Assembly: GCA_951406725.2 (NCBI GenBank)
Contig: OX597816.1
Coordinates: forward strand, 24,986,001-25,050,000
Direction of reading: 5' to 3'
DNA from: Octopus vulgaris
Lineage: Eukaryota
Length of the DNA stretch: 64,000 nucleotides
Shown: positions 25,623-39,505 of the stretch, one piece after another
How the letters are laid out: every line of letters starts with the position of its first letter
How positions within the stretch are numbered: position 1 is the stretch's first letter
Notes under the pieces: model-generated
Told to the model about the DNA's origin: nothing
Databases searched by the model: none
What the model saw: only the letters and a program-made list of their open reading frames with translations
Position numbers and translations under genes: made by a program

Positions 25623-25870
25623 TAGGGCTGGCCAAATGTCACCTGACAGTAAATTAATACCCATTTAATTCCAAGATTAAAACAAAAAATTATTTTATAT
25701 GAGACTTCGCTAATAAATAGACAAATATTGAAAAAAATAAAAAAATAAACGTTGATTTTAACTCACAGCATTCAGTTATTAAACATTCATAATTGGAATG
25801 AATAAATAAAATTGAATATTAAATATTTATGGAATTTTGATTTACTGCTGGTGACTTTTCGCCAACCCTG
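25623..25870. mobile_element. Tc1/mariner-type MITE
   Basis: agggctggccaaatgtcacctgacagtaaat versus atttactgctggtgacttttcgccaaccctg, followed by TA. Confidence 0.55.
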
Positions 25871-26059
25871 TATGTATGTGTATATATGTGTGTGTGAGTG
25901 CATGAAGGGTCGTTGTTTGTGTTTGTCTTGTTTTCCATTTGTGTCTTTCGTTGTTCGAAATGTTAGTTCATATTCCATGTACTCGTACTTCGTATCTTTT
26001 GTTGTACACGTTTCGTGACGTCCTGTGCCCACATATGCATATAAATATATTATTTCATC

Positions 26060-26340
26060 GGTCTCTATTGCCGAACCGCTAAGTAACGGGGACGTAAACA
26101 CACCAGCATCGGTTGTCAAGCGATGATGGCAGACAAACACAGACACACACACACACATATAAATATATATACATATATACGACGGGCTTCTTTCAGTTTC
26201 CGTCTACCAAATCCACTCACAAGGCTTTGGTTAGCCCGACGCTATAGTAGAAGACACTTGCCCAAGGTGCCACGCAGTGGGACTGAACCAGGAACCATGT
26301 GGTTGGTAACCCAGTTACTTACCACACAGTCACTCCTGCG
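26060..26340 (-). mobile_element. SINE-A lacking its 3' tail
   Basis: Head and body match the consensus. Confidence 0.8.
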
Positions 26341-26384
26341 TCTGATGACGGGTCAATACCCAGAAACTTGGATCCGTGTGTATC

Positions 26385-26443
<59 letters not shown>

Positions 26444-26939
26444 TATAGATGTAAGTATGTACATATACATAAGTATATATGCATATATATATATATTATT
26501 TATATTATTATTATATATATATTATATAACGTTATAAAAGTATAATTGAAGATGGCACTTCCATGTATACAGTTGAAAATACCAGGAAAATCTACTTTAC
26601 TGGAAAGTAAATCTGTAAACCATAAAGTTCCGCCTTATTTTCCGGAAACCATAGGCGAGGAATGAATGCCGTCATAACAATTGTATTGTTGTTGTTGTCG
26701 TCGCCGCCGCCGCCGCCGCCGCCGTCGTCGTTGTCGTCGTCGTCGTGATAGTTGATGTCGATGTATTTTATTTGTGTGCTATTGTTGTTGTTGTTGCTGT
26801 TGCTGCTTTTGTGCTATTGTTTCAAGTAATAATATATGAAACAAATTAGTCATATACACGTTTGTATTGTAGTTTGTAAGCTTCCGCTACTTGTACACTG
26901 GAAGTAGAGGTGCAGTGGTCATCGTAGGGAGATGTTGAT

Positions 26940-27220
26940 AACAACAATGATGGCCACCCCCGTCGAAGTTGCTGAACAACTTGCACAAATGATTTGTTTA
27001 TAGAGATCAAAGGCTCGTGCCGCTCATTAGTTCATTCTCTCAATCAAATTGTCGTTGTCTGAACAGGTGCGCAGTGTAGCACCTGTCAGGTGTCGAAGCG
27101 ATCCCAACGTGAAGTAAAGTGTTTTGATCAAGAACACAACGCACCGCCCGGTCTAGGAATTGAAATCACGACCTAGCAATCGTGACTGCAACATCCAAGC
27201 CACAAAGATATGCGTCCTCA
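26940..27220 (-). mobile_element. Old diverged tRNA-derived SINE related to the family-C head
   Basis: Minus strand ...gatttcaattcctagaccgggcggtgcgttgtgttcttgatcaaaacactttacttcacg. Confidence 0.45.
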
Positions 27221-27224
27221 AAAT

Positions 27225-27832
27225 AATCCTTTCTACTAAAGGCACAAGACCTGAAATTGTAGGGGAGATGACTATTCGATTACATTGACCTCAGTGCGTA
27301 ACTGGTACTTAATATATGACCCCAAAAGGGTGAAAAGCAAAGTCGACCTCGGCGGAATTTGAACTCAGAACGTAAAGACAGACGAAATATCTATTTCTTT
27401 ACTACCCACAAGGGGCTAAACACAGATGGAACAAACAAGGACAGACAAACGGATTAAGTCGATTATATCGAGGCCAGTGCGTAACTAGTACTTATTTATT
27501 CGACCCCGAAAGGATGAAAGGCAAAGTCGACCTCGGCGGAATTTGAACTCACAACGTAACGGCAGACGAAATACCGCTAAGCATTTCGCCTGGTGTGCTA
27601 ACGTTTCTGCCAGCTCGCCGCATTTTTTTTTTTTTTTTGACAAACAAGGACAGACAAACGGATTAAGTCGATTATATCGTGGCCAGTGCGTAACTGGTAC
27701 TTATTTATTCGAGCCCGAAAGGATGAAAGGCAAAGTCGATCTCGGCGGAATTTGAACTCAGAACGTCGCAACAGACGAAATACCGCTTAGCATTTCGCCT
27801 GACGTTCTAACGTTTCTGCCAGCTCGCCGCCT
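27225..27832 (-). mobile_element. Tandem SINE-B copies
   Basis: Three body units and two heads. Confidence 0.75.
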
Positions 27833-28224
27833 TCGGATGTCCCTATAATGCGGGAGGAAATGATTGGGTTCAGCTGTTTCGACGCTTTCGAATTGTCATG
27901 GTTGACTGGACATTCAGCCTGTTTTAGCGACAGTATATTTTGGTGCTTGAGGCAGGCACTCTCACACATTCGCACGCACACATAAGCACGCGCGCAGAAA
28001 TATGCACAAACAGATCTACAAGAGGGAGAGGAGGAGAGAGGGGGAAACAAGAAAAACTCTAAAATGTCGGTGATCAAATAACTCAACGCCGAATCGATCC
28101 CAGGACTTATTCTTTATAAGCCTAGTACTTATTCTATCGGTCTCTTTTGCCGAACCGCTAATGTTACAGGGACATAAACACACCAGCACCACTTAGCAAG
28201 CGATGGCTCGAGAGGGGTTAAACA

Positions 28225-28260
<36 letters not shown>

Positions 28261-28269
28261 AATGGATGT

Positions 28270-29630
28270 GTGTATTTTCCCCTTGTTTACAATTAACACG
28301 GAAAAAAATAAATAAACAGTTACCAGAGCAGCAAAAAATCACACAAGTATTAAGGACGTAACATCCTGTTTGTAAAGGTAGAAACTCCGAGTTGATGTGA
28401 AATATTTTGTATAATATATATATAAATAAATAAATGGAGTTAAACGCAGGTGTTATTCAAGTTGTTTTACTTCCGACATATGTTTCGAAGACAACATTGG
28501 TATCATTCCAAAAGGAAAAAATTGGTGTAAAATAATGTAATCTTCTCATCAGGGAAAGAAAGAAAGAAACCAAACTCATCAATAAGATATTTTAACAGAA
28601 TGAGATGAATGTGTATAATGATGAACGGAACGCTATTAATTTTTTTTTTTTTTAAAAAAGACGTTAGAAGATATAACGTCAAAAGGATCCTATAGAAAGA
28701 GGAGGGGTAACGGAAAGAAATAAGCAGAAAACTAATAAAGGAGAAATATAGAGCGATATGTGAATTAAAATAAAAGCTTAAAGGCTTGGAAATAGATGTA
28801 TCTAGTGGAAGTGAAATGTTAGAAGAAAATCAATGTTCAAATTATTTAGAATGGTAGAAATCACTTATATGAACTCAAGGTATGTTTCTGCTAATGCTTA
28901 CATCGATAAGCAAGCTCTATAAACGTGTTTACAAGAGGATTCTTAGAAAATAGAATATAAAGAAACTCACTATTACAGAGTTGGCAGAATTCTTTGCCTT
29001 TATCATATGGGAATGAAATGGAGAGAATCAATCAATCTAAATTAAATTGTTTATCATGATCTTTTAGATACAAAATTAATTTACTAAGCTCTGTACTGTT
29101 GCGTTTATAACTATCCCTAAATGTAGAGTAATGATGTGAATTCTTTTAGATAACTGAGAAGAAGAACTACCTATATATAAAAAGACATCGGTACCGGAAG
29201 TAATTTTACACTGATATATAGAGTTTTTAGCCTTAGAATTACTAGACATAAACTTAATTCTGTTGGAATTGACTTCAGGGACAATAACCTTGTTGTTAAT
29301 ATTACTAGGGGGTGGGTGGTTAGTATTAGCTAAATTAATGTTAGTATTTTCAGTAATTGGATTCTTATTTAACAGGCTAATATTATGTGAAGAGATAATT
29401 TGTGAAATATTTTTTGTGTTAGAAAAACTAATCCTAACCGTGTGCGAGTTGATAATCGAGTAATACCTAGAATTTTTTGGAAAGTTCTAATAATAGCTTG
29501 ACGAAACTGAAAAGGAAGATTAGATTTAATTTGCCTCCCAGAAGGAATAATCAATAATCAACCAAATAATTTTGCTAGTAGTTGCCCTATTGTTAGTGTA
29601 ACTATCTTTAAAAGACTTTGATTTACCTTT
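28270..29630 (-). mobile_element. Penelope-like element 3' part: decayed GIY-YIG endonuclease plus pLTR with hammerhead
   Basis: Minus-strand translation ~29250-28890: KNSIYQCKITSGTDVFLYIGSSSSQLSKRIH/HYSTF...NSTELSKLI..LK...CQLCNSEFLYI...NPLVN...CKH (one frameshift, one stop). The hammerhead lies downstream. Confidence 0.85.
28470..28557 (-). ncRNA. Canonical-core type-I hammerhead ribozyme
   Basis: tttcc-CTGATGA-gaaga...tcttc-GAAA-c-atat-g-TC-ggaag. All conserved core residues present, palindromic stem III, GUC triplet. Predicted cleavage between 28475 and 28474. Confidence 0.8.
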
Positions 29631-29871
29631 AGAATGAAAAAAGGGTCTTAAATAAGCTTTTACCACACAACCACACCTGCACCTAAATGCATATGTGAAT
29701 GTGTATGTGTGTGGGTGTGTTTGAGTACGTGTGTGTATAAGTGAAATTTGTCCCCCAGTATTAGTTTGTTTACGTCCCCGTAAATTAGCAGTTCGACAAA
29801 AGTGGACAATAAAATGAGTACCATGCTTTTAAAAAGTTAGAAGCGAGGTCGTTTCGATCGGTCAAATCCCT

Positions 29872-30485
29872 TAATCATCATCATTGTTCGACCGTGCTCG
29901 AGACAATGTAATTTACCATGCTAGGCCAGACTTCACGGTCCATCATGGCATTACGGAGATCCTGTTGCTGGATGCCTGTATCCCTGGAGATTACATCAGG
30001 GTAGGAGAGTGTGCGCCCTCTGGTATCGCGAGTAGATGGCTTCCAGAGGAGAAGAGTAGAAATTGCCTCGTTTTCAGCTCTAAAACAATGTCCAGCAAAC
30101 TGGACTCTCTTACCTTTCACAAGAGATGACACAGGTGGCAGTTTCCCATATATTTGCATTTTGGTTGGATGGCGCTTCCATGAGAGATTTTGAGCTCTCA
30201 TAAGGAGGCGAGTGTAGGTTCCATCCAACCGCCTCTCAAGCTTCTTTGATAACGTCCAGGTTTCTGAGCCATATAGTAGAATTGGTTCGACTGTGGCTTT
30301 GAAGATTTCAAGTTTGAAGTCTCTACTTAGATTTGATGACCAGATCTTATGCATGTCATTACAGGCTGACCAGGCCATACCCTTTCTAGTTAGAAAATCT
30401 TTTCCAGATGATGATATGTATGACCTAAGATATTTGTAATCAGAAACCATATTTAAGGGCGCATTGTTGAGAGTATGGATGATGC
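29872..30485 (-). mobile_element. RTE-clade LINE 3' end
   Basis: DYKYL.SYI...ILLYGSETWTLSK...LDGTYTRLL...FAGHCFR...MMDREVW with a (GAT)n tail. Confidence 0.85.
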
Positions 30486-31164
30486 AATCACTGTTGGACA
30501 GGCACTTGTTTATATATTCAAGTATATATTCACTTCTATATATATTCAACCCCTTAAGGCCGCTGTCCAATGAATGAAACAGTAAAAGATGAAAGAAGAT
30601 TTATAACAGCGGTGCTCCAGCAGGGCTGTGGACTCTGGCTAAAACCGAAAATAGAAAACAAAAATATGAGTTCTGACCTCTTAAAAATAGTCAATCCTTT
30701 AATATCCGTCTACATTTTCTATTAGTTTGTTTCCGTTCCAGAATCTTATCCAAGCCATGTAAAGAGCGTCGTTAAGTTGTAAAGAATTCTTATCTGATTG
30801 TAGAGAATTTGTTGGATAGAAAACGAATTGACCACTCCTTATTGAACGTCTTCTACCATTCGTCAGTTCTTCTGGCAACAAGGGAGTCACTTAAAGGAAT
30901 TGTTAAAAACCAGATTATTTTTAAAAGGAAAAATTCAAGGAAATAAAACAAAAGACATTTTAGATCTTTTTCCTTTTATTTGTTTCAATCATTGGAGTGC
31001 GGCCATGCTGAAGCACCGCCTTGAAGGCTTTTTAGTCGAATAAATCGACCCCTTTTCAAGTCAGGTATTTATTTTATCGGTGACTTTTGCCGAACTGCTA
31101 GTTTACGGCGGACATATAAAAGCACCGGCTGTCAAGTGGTTGTAAGGAACAAATGTAAACATAC

Positions 31165-31580
31165 AGGGCGGTGAGCTGGCAGAATCGTTAGTACACCGAG
31201 TGAAATGCTTATTTCGTCTGCCGCTACGTTCTGAGTTCAAATTCCGCCGAGGTCAACTTTGCCTTTCATCCTTTCGGGGTCGATTAAATAAGTACCAGTT
31301 ACGCACAGGGGTCGATATAATCGACTTAATCCGTTTGTCTGTCCTTGTTTGTCCCCTCTGTGTGTAGCCCCTTGTGGGCAGTAAAGAAATAGGTATTTCG
31401 CCTGACTTTACGTTCTGAGCTCAAATTCCGCCGAGCTCGACTTTGCCTTTCATCCTTTCGGGGTCGATAAATTAAGTACTAGTTACGCGCTGGGGTCGAT
31501 GTAATCGACTTAATCCCTTTGTCTGTTCATGTTTGTCCCCTCTATGTTTAGCCCCTTGAGGGTAATAAATAAATAAGAAA
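31165..31580 (+). mobile_element. SINE-B head plus two tandem body units
   Basis: ggcggtgagctggcagaatcgttag... followed by two units joined at aagaaataggtatttcg. Confidence 0.8.
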
Positions 31581-31639
31581 TGGTTTTAATGGATCAAGGA
31601 GGGGAATTCGACCCTACAAACTCTCTGCATTCTGTCCTA

Positions 31640-33312
31640 CCGGTTGTGTTCAATAAGGGTCGCTTGAAACAACTCATCCACGAGGATCCGTGCCAATCAC
31701 AGCAGATGAAATGCTCTCATGATACCGTCGTCCGTCACCTTCATTCTATGGACAATGTCCAAAGCTCGATCCATGGGTCCTAAAAGTTCTGAACGAAAGA
31801 GACGAACTCCAGCGCTCTTTTATTGTCGCTGGTCTGTTCGCTCGACACCAGGCAACACGTAGACACAAAGATTTCTTTATCGCATCGTTTTCGTGGTGTC
31901 TTAACGTCGATATGAAACATAGGAAAGAATAGCTGAGTCCCGGCAAGCAAGCAACACTTCGAGCCAAGTCAGAACTTCATCCATGCAAGACAAAGATCTA
32001 CGTTCGGTGCGATTGCTTGAAAACAACACGGTCAATGCGGAACTTTAAGCTCAGCAAATGCACCGGCTGAACGAGGCAATCAAGCTGAAACGAACCGATA
32101 GCTGACTCGGCGTGCTTCTTCAACACGACAACGCTTGTCTTCTCACCGTTAAAATGCTATTCAAGAGCTTGGTTAGGAAGTTACACCGCACCCACCCTAT
32201 TCTCCTTCACATTTTCGGTCGATTTCCAGCAGTCTGCGAGTCATTCCGTTCGACAACGACGTGGAGCTGAAAAGGTGGCTTGATGAATTCTTTGAGATAA
32301 GACCCGGAGATTTCTGCCATCAAGGCATTACTCTTTTACGCTGTTACTCTTCTGCTTGTTTCAGTCATTTGACTGCGGCCATGCTGGGGCACCGCCTTTA
32401 GTCGAGCAAATCGACCCCAGGACTTATTCTTTGTAAGCCTTGTACTAATTCTATCGGTGAATTTTGCCGAACCGCTAAGTTACGGGGACGTAAACACACC
32501 AACATCGGTTGTCAAGTGATGTTGGGGGACAAACATAGACCTACAAACATATACACACATACTTATAAATATAAATACATATATACGACGGGCTTCTTTC
32601 AGTTTCCGTCTACCAAATCCACTCATGATAGAATAGGTACTAAGCTTACAAAGAATAAGACTTGTGGTCGATTTGCTCGACTAAATGCGGTGCTCCAGCA
32701 TGGCCACAGTCAAATGAGTGAAACAAGTAAACTAGTAAAAGAGTAAAGAGTAACTCGTTTAAATTGTTGTTGCAAAATAAGGATTAAAATAAATTCTAAA
32801 AGAAGGAATGGCTGTGTGGTAAGTAGCTTGCTAACCAACCACATGGTTCTGGGTTCAGTCCCACTGCGTGGCACCTTGGGCAAGTGTCTTCTGCTATAGC
32901 CCCGGGCCGACCAATGCCTTGTGAGTGGATTTGGTAGACGGAAACTGAAAGAAGCCCGTCGTATATATGTATATATATATATATAAGTGTGTATGTATAT
33001 GTTTATGTGTCTGTGTTTGTCCCCCTAGCATTGCTTGACAACCGATGCTGGTGTGTTTATGTCCCCGTTACATAGCGGTTCGGCAAAAAGAGACCGATTG
33101 AATAAGTACTGGGCTTACAAAAGAATAAGTCCCGGGGTCGAGTTGCTCGATTAAAGGCGGTGCTCCAGCATGGCCGCAATCAAATGACTGAAACAAGTAA
33201 AAGAGTAAAGAGTAACTCGTTAAAATTGTTGTTGCAAAATAAGGATTAAAATAAATTCTAAAAAAAAAGAAACGAAACGAATAAAAACGAATGAATTTAT
33301 CTGACGGCCTAA
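31640..33312 (+). mobile_element. Decayed mariner transposase interrupted by SINE-A copies, right end near 33312
   Basis: Remnants HDNA and PHPPYSP, plus a ...WLDEFF... segment. Terminal aatgaatttatctgacggcctaata. Confidence 0.6.
32806..33214 (+). mobile_element. SINE-A
   Basis: Consensus match. Confidence 0.85.
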
Positions 33313-33706
33313 TATATTTGTAATGTGTATGTACGTTCATATAACACGTTTTATCATTTGAACTCTCGCACCCAGTAGGAAACCGAGAGTGACATCAGGA
33401 TGAATCATCGGCTTGTTATGAATGCGTATGCACGCGTGTGTGCATGTGTTCCAGTATGTTTATGAATTCCTTCGCGTGTATATTATACATGTACGGTGTG
33501 TATACGAGTACGTGTATGTGTGCTAGTGTGTGTGTGTGTGTGTGTGTAGAAAGTTGCATAGCGTATATATATGGAGTGTAGCAATGCACGTATTCATTGA
33601 TGTACATATACGAGTGTATTTGTGTGTGTCTGTGCGTATATATATATATATATATATGCATGTGTATACATATGTATATATATGCATGAGTATGCATATG
33701 TATATA

Positions 33707-33746
<40 letters not shown>

Positions 33747-33953
33747 CATACATACATACATACATACATACATACATACATACATACATACATACATACA
33801 CACATACATACACACATACATGCACACATGTGTGCGTACGTGTGTGAGCATGTGTACGTGCGTTTCCAGTTCATAACAGCTATGCAAAGTTCGGCCTGGA
33901 AAACTTTACGAAGAGTTGAAAGACTGGCGCAGTAGTTTATATACATATACATG

Positions 33954-34365
<412 letters not shown>

Positions 34366-34952
34366 GTTTTGTTTTTGTGAATAATGTTTTGCTTTGACGT
34401 TTCATGTCACAGCTATTGTTTATCTAAATGTCATTTAATAAATACATATTTTTTTTTGGGTTTTTTTTAACGTCATTTAATAATTTTTTTTTTGTTTTTT
34501 TTACCTTTGTGCGAAGTCGTTTGTTCGCGTTTGCAATGAAGTAGGCTTCGCAACTACCGTTGACAACGTGTGACAGTACTTAACAGTACAAATAAGTGTT
34601 GTTATATATATCGAGCTTGTTGGGGCTTTCTCGTTTGCTTGTTAGCGCGTTGAGTTCGCGCATGAACGTGTCGCTTTCTGTTTGCTTGTTAGCGCGTTGA
34701 GTTCGCGCATGAACGTGTGTTTCTCTATCGCCACATGTCCCCCCCCCCACCTTCTCTCTCTCTCTTTCCCTTTCTCTCTGTATGCTACATGGGTGTGTCG
34801 GAATTGTAACAGTTTCGCTTTGTCTTGCTTTTTCCAGATTTTGCGTTCGCTTGCATCGAGACTTGCGGGAAACTATGTCGGTTTTATTTTTGGATATTCT
34901 CTCCACTTTTGACGGTCGTCCTTTAAGTGGAGAAGGAAGAGGTTGATTATAT

Positions 34953-35054
<102 letters not shown>

Positions 35055-35058
35055 TATG

Positions 35059-35132
<74 letters not shown>

Positions 35133-35148
35133 TATAATAATAATAATA

Positions 35149-35705
35149 AATGCCCTGATGCAGTACCAGGCAGTGGCTCTCATGGCTTCTGATCTTAACT
35201 GATTGGAAGTGTTATCATGTACATTGTTTTGTCTTGGTATAAAAGATGGGCTACAGCAAATATTCTGCTCAATACCACAGATTTGCTTGTCAGTTGTTTA
35301 ACCTTAACCAGTTGAGCATGTCCCTTAGTGGCTGATGATATGTGCATCTCTGATCACGAGCAAAAGTAGTGGGGGAGCATCATAGCCGTGTGTTGAGAGG
35401 GATTCTTGGAGGTTTGAATAATTCACCTCTGGAAACATGGGTGTTTCGTTCAACGTCCTTAAACAACCCTTATTCAGGGACCTTTTGAGCGGGATGGGTT
35501 ACTCGATCTGAAGAAAATTCTAACTGGGCTCCACCTGCAAGGTCTTGTGCTGTTTATCTTCATATGAGATCACCACGTTGCGCACATATGGTTGTGATGC
35601 ATGTGCCTAGTGTACCCTTATCAGACGGGTAGTCATGATGGGTATACTGGGCTTCGTATATTTTACCCCAGTGTCACTTTGATGGCATGCTCTGCTCGCT
35701 CACTC

Positions 35706-35706
<1 letters not shown>
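35149..35706 (+). mobile_element. Non-LTR element 3' region inserted in (TAA)n (Dong/R4-like targeting)
   Basis: (TAA)n on both flanks. Ends ...ctcactc(AAT)n. Second copy at 11749-12170. Confidence 0.6.
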
Positions 35707-35757
<51 letters not shown>

Positions 35758-35982
35758 GGGAGTATAACTCCAAACTTACAGGGAAAAATCCAATTTACTA
35801 TTAAATCAAATTTCACAATATAAATATTTAATATATATAAATTAGAGAAAAACCATTATTATGCAATTCAAACAATGATAGACATAAACCAAATCATAAA
35901 GAAAAATAAAATATATTATAAAACATATAACTAGATCACAAAAAGTACAAAAAATGAATAAACAATATATAATAAGTAAAAA

Positions 35983-36038
<56 letters not shown>

Positions 36039-37021
36039 AGCTTAGAGAAGAAGAAGAAACGAAACGAAACCAAACGAATCGAATCGAGTCGACGCGAAGG
36101 CGCTCAGTCATACAATAGTGTAATAAATAAAATATTTGCATACATACAAACATATATGTACGTACCTACATCTACATGTATATATACATGCATATATAAA
36201 TATATATACGTGTGTACAGGACACCACAAATAGACGTAGAACTCAACGAGAAACGAAAACGTAAAAACAGCATGGAACGGACCATTCTTTTAACAACGAA
36301 AGAACAGAGTACAAGACAACTACACAAGGAAAAATCCCCTTCATCAGTCGTACCTAGTTCAACTCCAGCGTGTTTCGAAGGTGATGACAGAACACGTCTC
36401 GTCGAACTAATCCTTTCTGCGAAAGAATTAAATAAAATTCCTTTGCAGAGGGGTAAAAACAAGGAAAAAAATGTGACAAAAACAGGACGTAAAAACAATA
36501 CAATTAAAAACAAATACAAAATAAAAGTACAATTACAAGAAATACAGTACAAGAAGGAATAGAAACAGGACAGGAAAACAAATAAAGAGGGCCTATAAGC
36601 CTAGACGAGGAAAAAAAATTTTTCAGGAGCGCAGGAAGAAACATGTTTACTTGAATAAGGCCGCCGGCGAAAGGAAGTTCGTAGACCCGGCTGTGAGAGA
36701 GATGAGGAGGAGTGAGAGAGAGAGATAGAGAAGAAGGAAGCAAAAGAGGGGGAAAGAAAGATATATATATATATCGTTGCTATTACGTTAAACTGTCGTA
36801 TGTCTAAATTTGACCAAATGCGTTTTTTTTTATATTTATTTTTGCTTGCGATATCCGGTTCTTTTGATCAGTCTATCGTATCTCCAGCTGCTTCAGATGC
36901 TTAGTTATCAAAAGCTGTCAAAGTGTAGTACAACGGTTTTGCTATGGAATGGTAAAAGTATTTTTTCGTTTTCTGAAAAAGCGACGTTTTGGATTTCGGA
37001 CACTTTTGCATAATAGCAACG

Positions 37022-37112
<91 letters not shown>

Positions 37113-37548
37113 TCCATTGCCTTTCAGTAGATGGAATGACGTATAAAGTCACCACTAGGAAACATCTGTACGCAATTAGATTATAATGGTAAACGCTTGT
37201 ACAACATGAGTACCACTCCTTGAATCCCTGTGATAATTCCCTAGTGAAAGGCCGAAGCAAGATGATCATTGATCACGGGAAACCGCAGGTTTTACATCAT
37301 AGTGTCCCTCTCCTAGAAGGATGGTGTGACAACATCTCGGGGCCCCTCAATCCCGGTGGTTTTGCTGAATGTTTCGTTATCTCCGTGCACAAATGGATTA
37401 TCGTCATATATGCTTGATAACCCATAGCTGGGTTCCTATTATTACACCAGATTAAAGTAGAGCTGGAAAGTTACGGTTAAGAGGTGACCTTGAAATGTCT
37501 GTTATGTAAATCAAACAAAGTCGAAAACGTCACAAACTACTCTCTCTC

Positions 37549-37959
37549 TCTTTTACTCTTTTTTACTTGTTTCAGTCATTTGACTGCGGCCATGCTGGAG
37601 CACCACCTTTAGTCGAGCAAATCGACCCCAGGACTTATTCCTTGTAAGCCTAGCACTTATTCTATCGGTCTTTTTTGCCGAACCGCTAAGTTACGGGAAC
37701 ATAAACACACCAGCATCGGTTGTCAAGCAATGCTAGGGAGACAAACACAGACACACAAACACACACACACATACATATATATATATACATATATACGACA
37801 AGCTTCTTTCAGTTTCCGTCTACCAAATCCACTCACAAGGCATTGGTCGGCCCGGGGCTATAGTAGAAGACACTTGCCCAAGGTGCCACGCAGTGGGACT
37901 GAACCTGGAACCATGTGGTTGGTTAGGAAGCTACTTACCACACAGCCACTCTTGCGCCT
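37549..37959 (-). mobile_element. SINE-A, full length
   Basis: Consensus match. Confidence 0.85.
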
Positions 37960-38330
37960 ACATAAAATATTCAAATACATTATTTTCCCTGCTCCTCCTT
38001 TTCTAATTTCTCTACCAAAAATATACAACGAAATTCAAATCGGCAATGGAATAATGGATTAAAAGAATGAACGTATGGCACACGTAATGTCACGGCTAGC
38101 AGGTGATTCCACAGGTAAGAGGTGATTCCACAGCCTTCAAACCTTGGAACTCCCGAACCTGGATGCAGTTTGAAGTCATACCCATGGCATACATACATAC
38201 AAACATACACACAAGCTCCAGAGGTTTATCATATAGATATATATATGCGCATGTCTTGACATGCAACTATAGGCATGAGAATGCATACATAATACAAAAC
38301 ATGCGGATCTGCACATGTAGTGACTTCAAA

Positions 38331-38440
<110 letters not shown>

Positions 38441-38451
38441 ACACACACACA

Positions 38452-38555
38452 CTTGTTGATGTTGTTGAAATTCCAATGAAGGAGCCTTGGATTTGGGTTA
38501 GAAACCGGCTCTTTCTTAATTGGCAAGAAATCTTGAAATAAAACTGAATAATGAC
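38452..38555 (+). mobile_element. Extreme 3' tail of the RLE LINE family seen at 56730-57370, in (CA)n/(CATA)n
   Basis: ccttggatttgggttagaaaccgg...aagaaatcttgaaataaaactgaataa matches the reverse complement of 56733-56800. Confidence 0.65.
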
Positions 38556-39398
38556 ATACATACATACATCATAAACACAAACACACACACACACATAGAG
38601 ACACACATACATAGAGACACACACACATAGAGACACACACACACATAGAGACACACACACATGGAGACACACAGACATAGAGCCACACACACATAGAGCC
38701 ACACACACATACATACATACACCATAAACACAAAGACACACACACATAGAGACACACACACACACAGAGACACACGCTCATAGAGACACACACACATGGA
38801 GACACACACACATAGAGACATACACACATAGAGACACACATACATAGAGACACACGCTCATAGACACACACATAGAGACACATACACATAGAGACATACA
38901 CATATACATACACACACACACACATGTATAACACACTTCAGCACAGTTTCCGTCTACCAAATCCACTCACAACATTTTAGTCAGTTTGGGGCTATAGCAG
39001 AAGACATTTGCTGAAGGTGCCGCGCGGTTGGATTCAATCCAAGACCACGTGGTTGAGAAGAAGGCCTCTCAGTCACACAGTCACGCTTTGCGGCCATGTT
39101 TACATGGTTCTTTACATGAATGAATGCTGAAATGACGTGACGACGATTACGCGTGACGTATGCCATTCTTTTATTCCATTATTCAACTGCCGTAATTGAA
39201 TTTCGTTGTGAATTTTTGGTTGAGGAATTGGAAGAGAAGGAGCAGGGGGAAAATAATGTGTTTCAATATTTTTATGTAGTTCGTGACGTTTTCGACTTCA
39301 TGCTTAATTTACATAACAGACGTTTCAAGGACATATGGAGTTACCTTGAAGAAGACCAGTCACAGAATGACGAATGTTCTCTGTGTGTGTATGTGTGT

Positions 39399-39480
<82 letters not shown>

Positions 39481-39505
39481 CTGTGTATTTATCCATTAAT
39501 ACACA

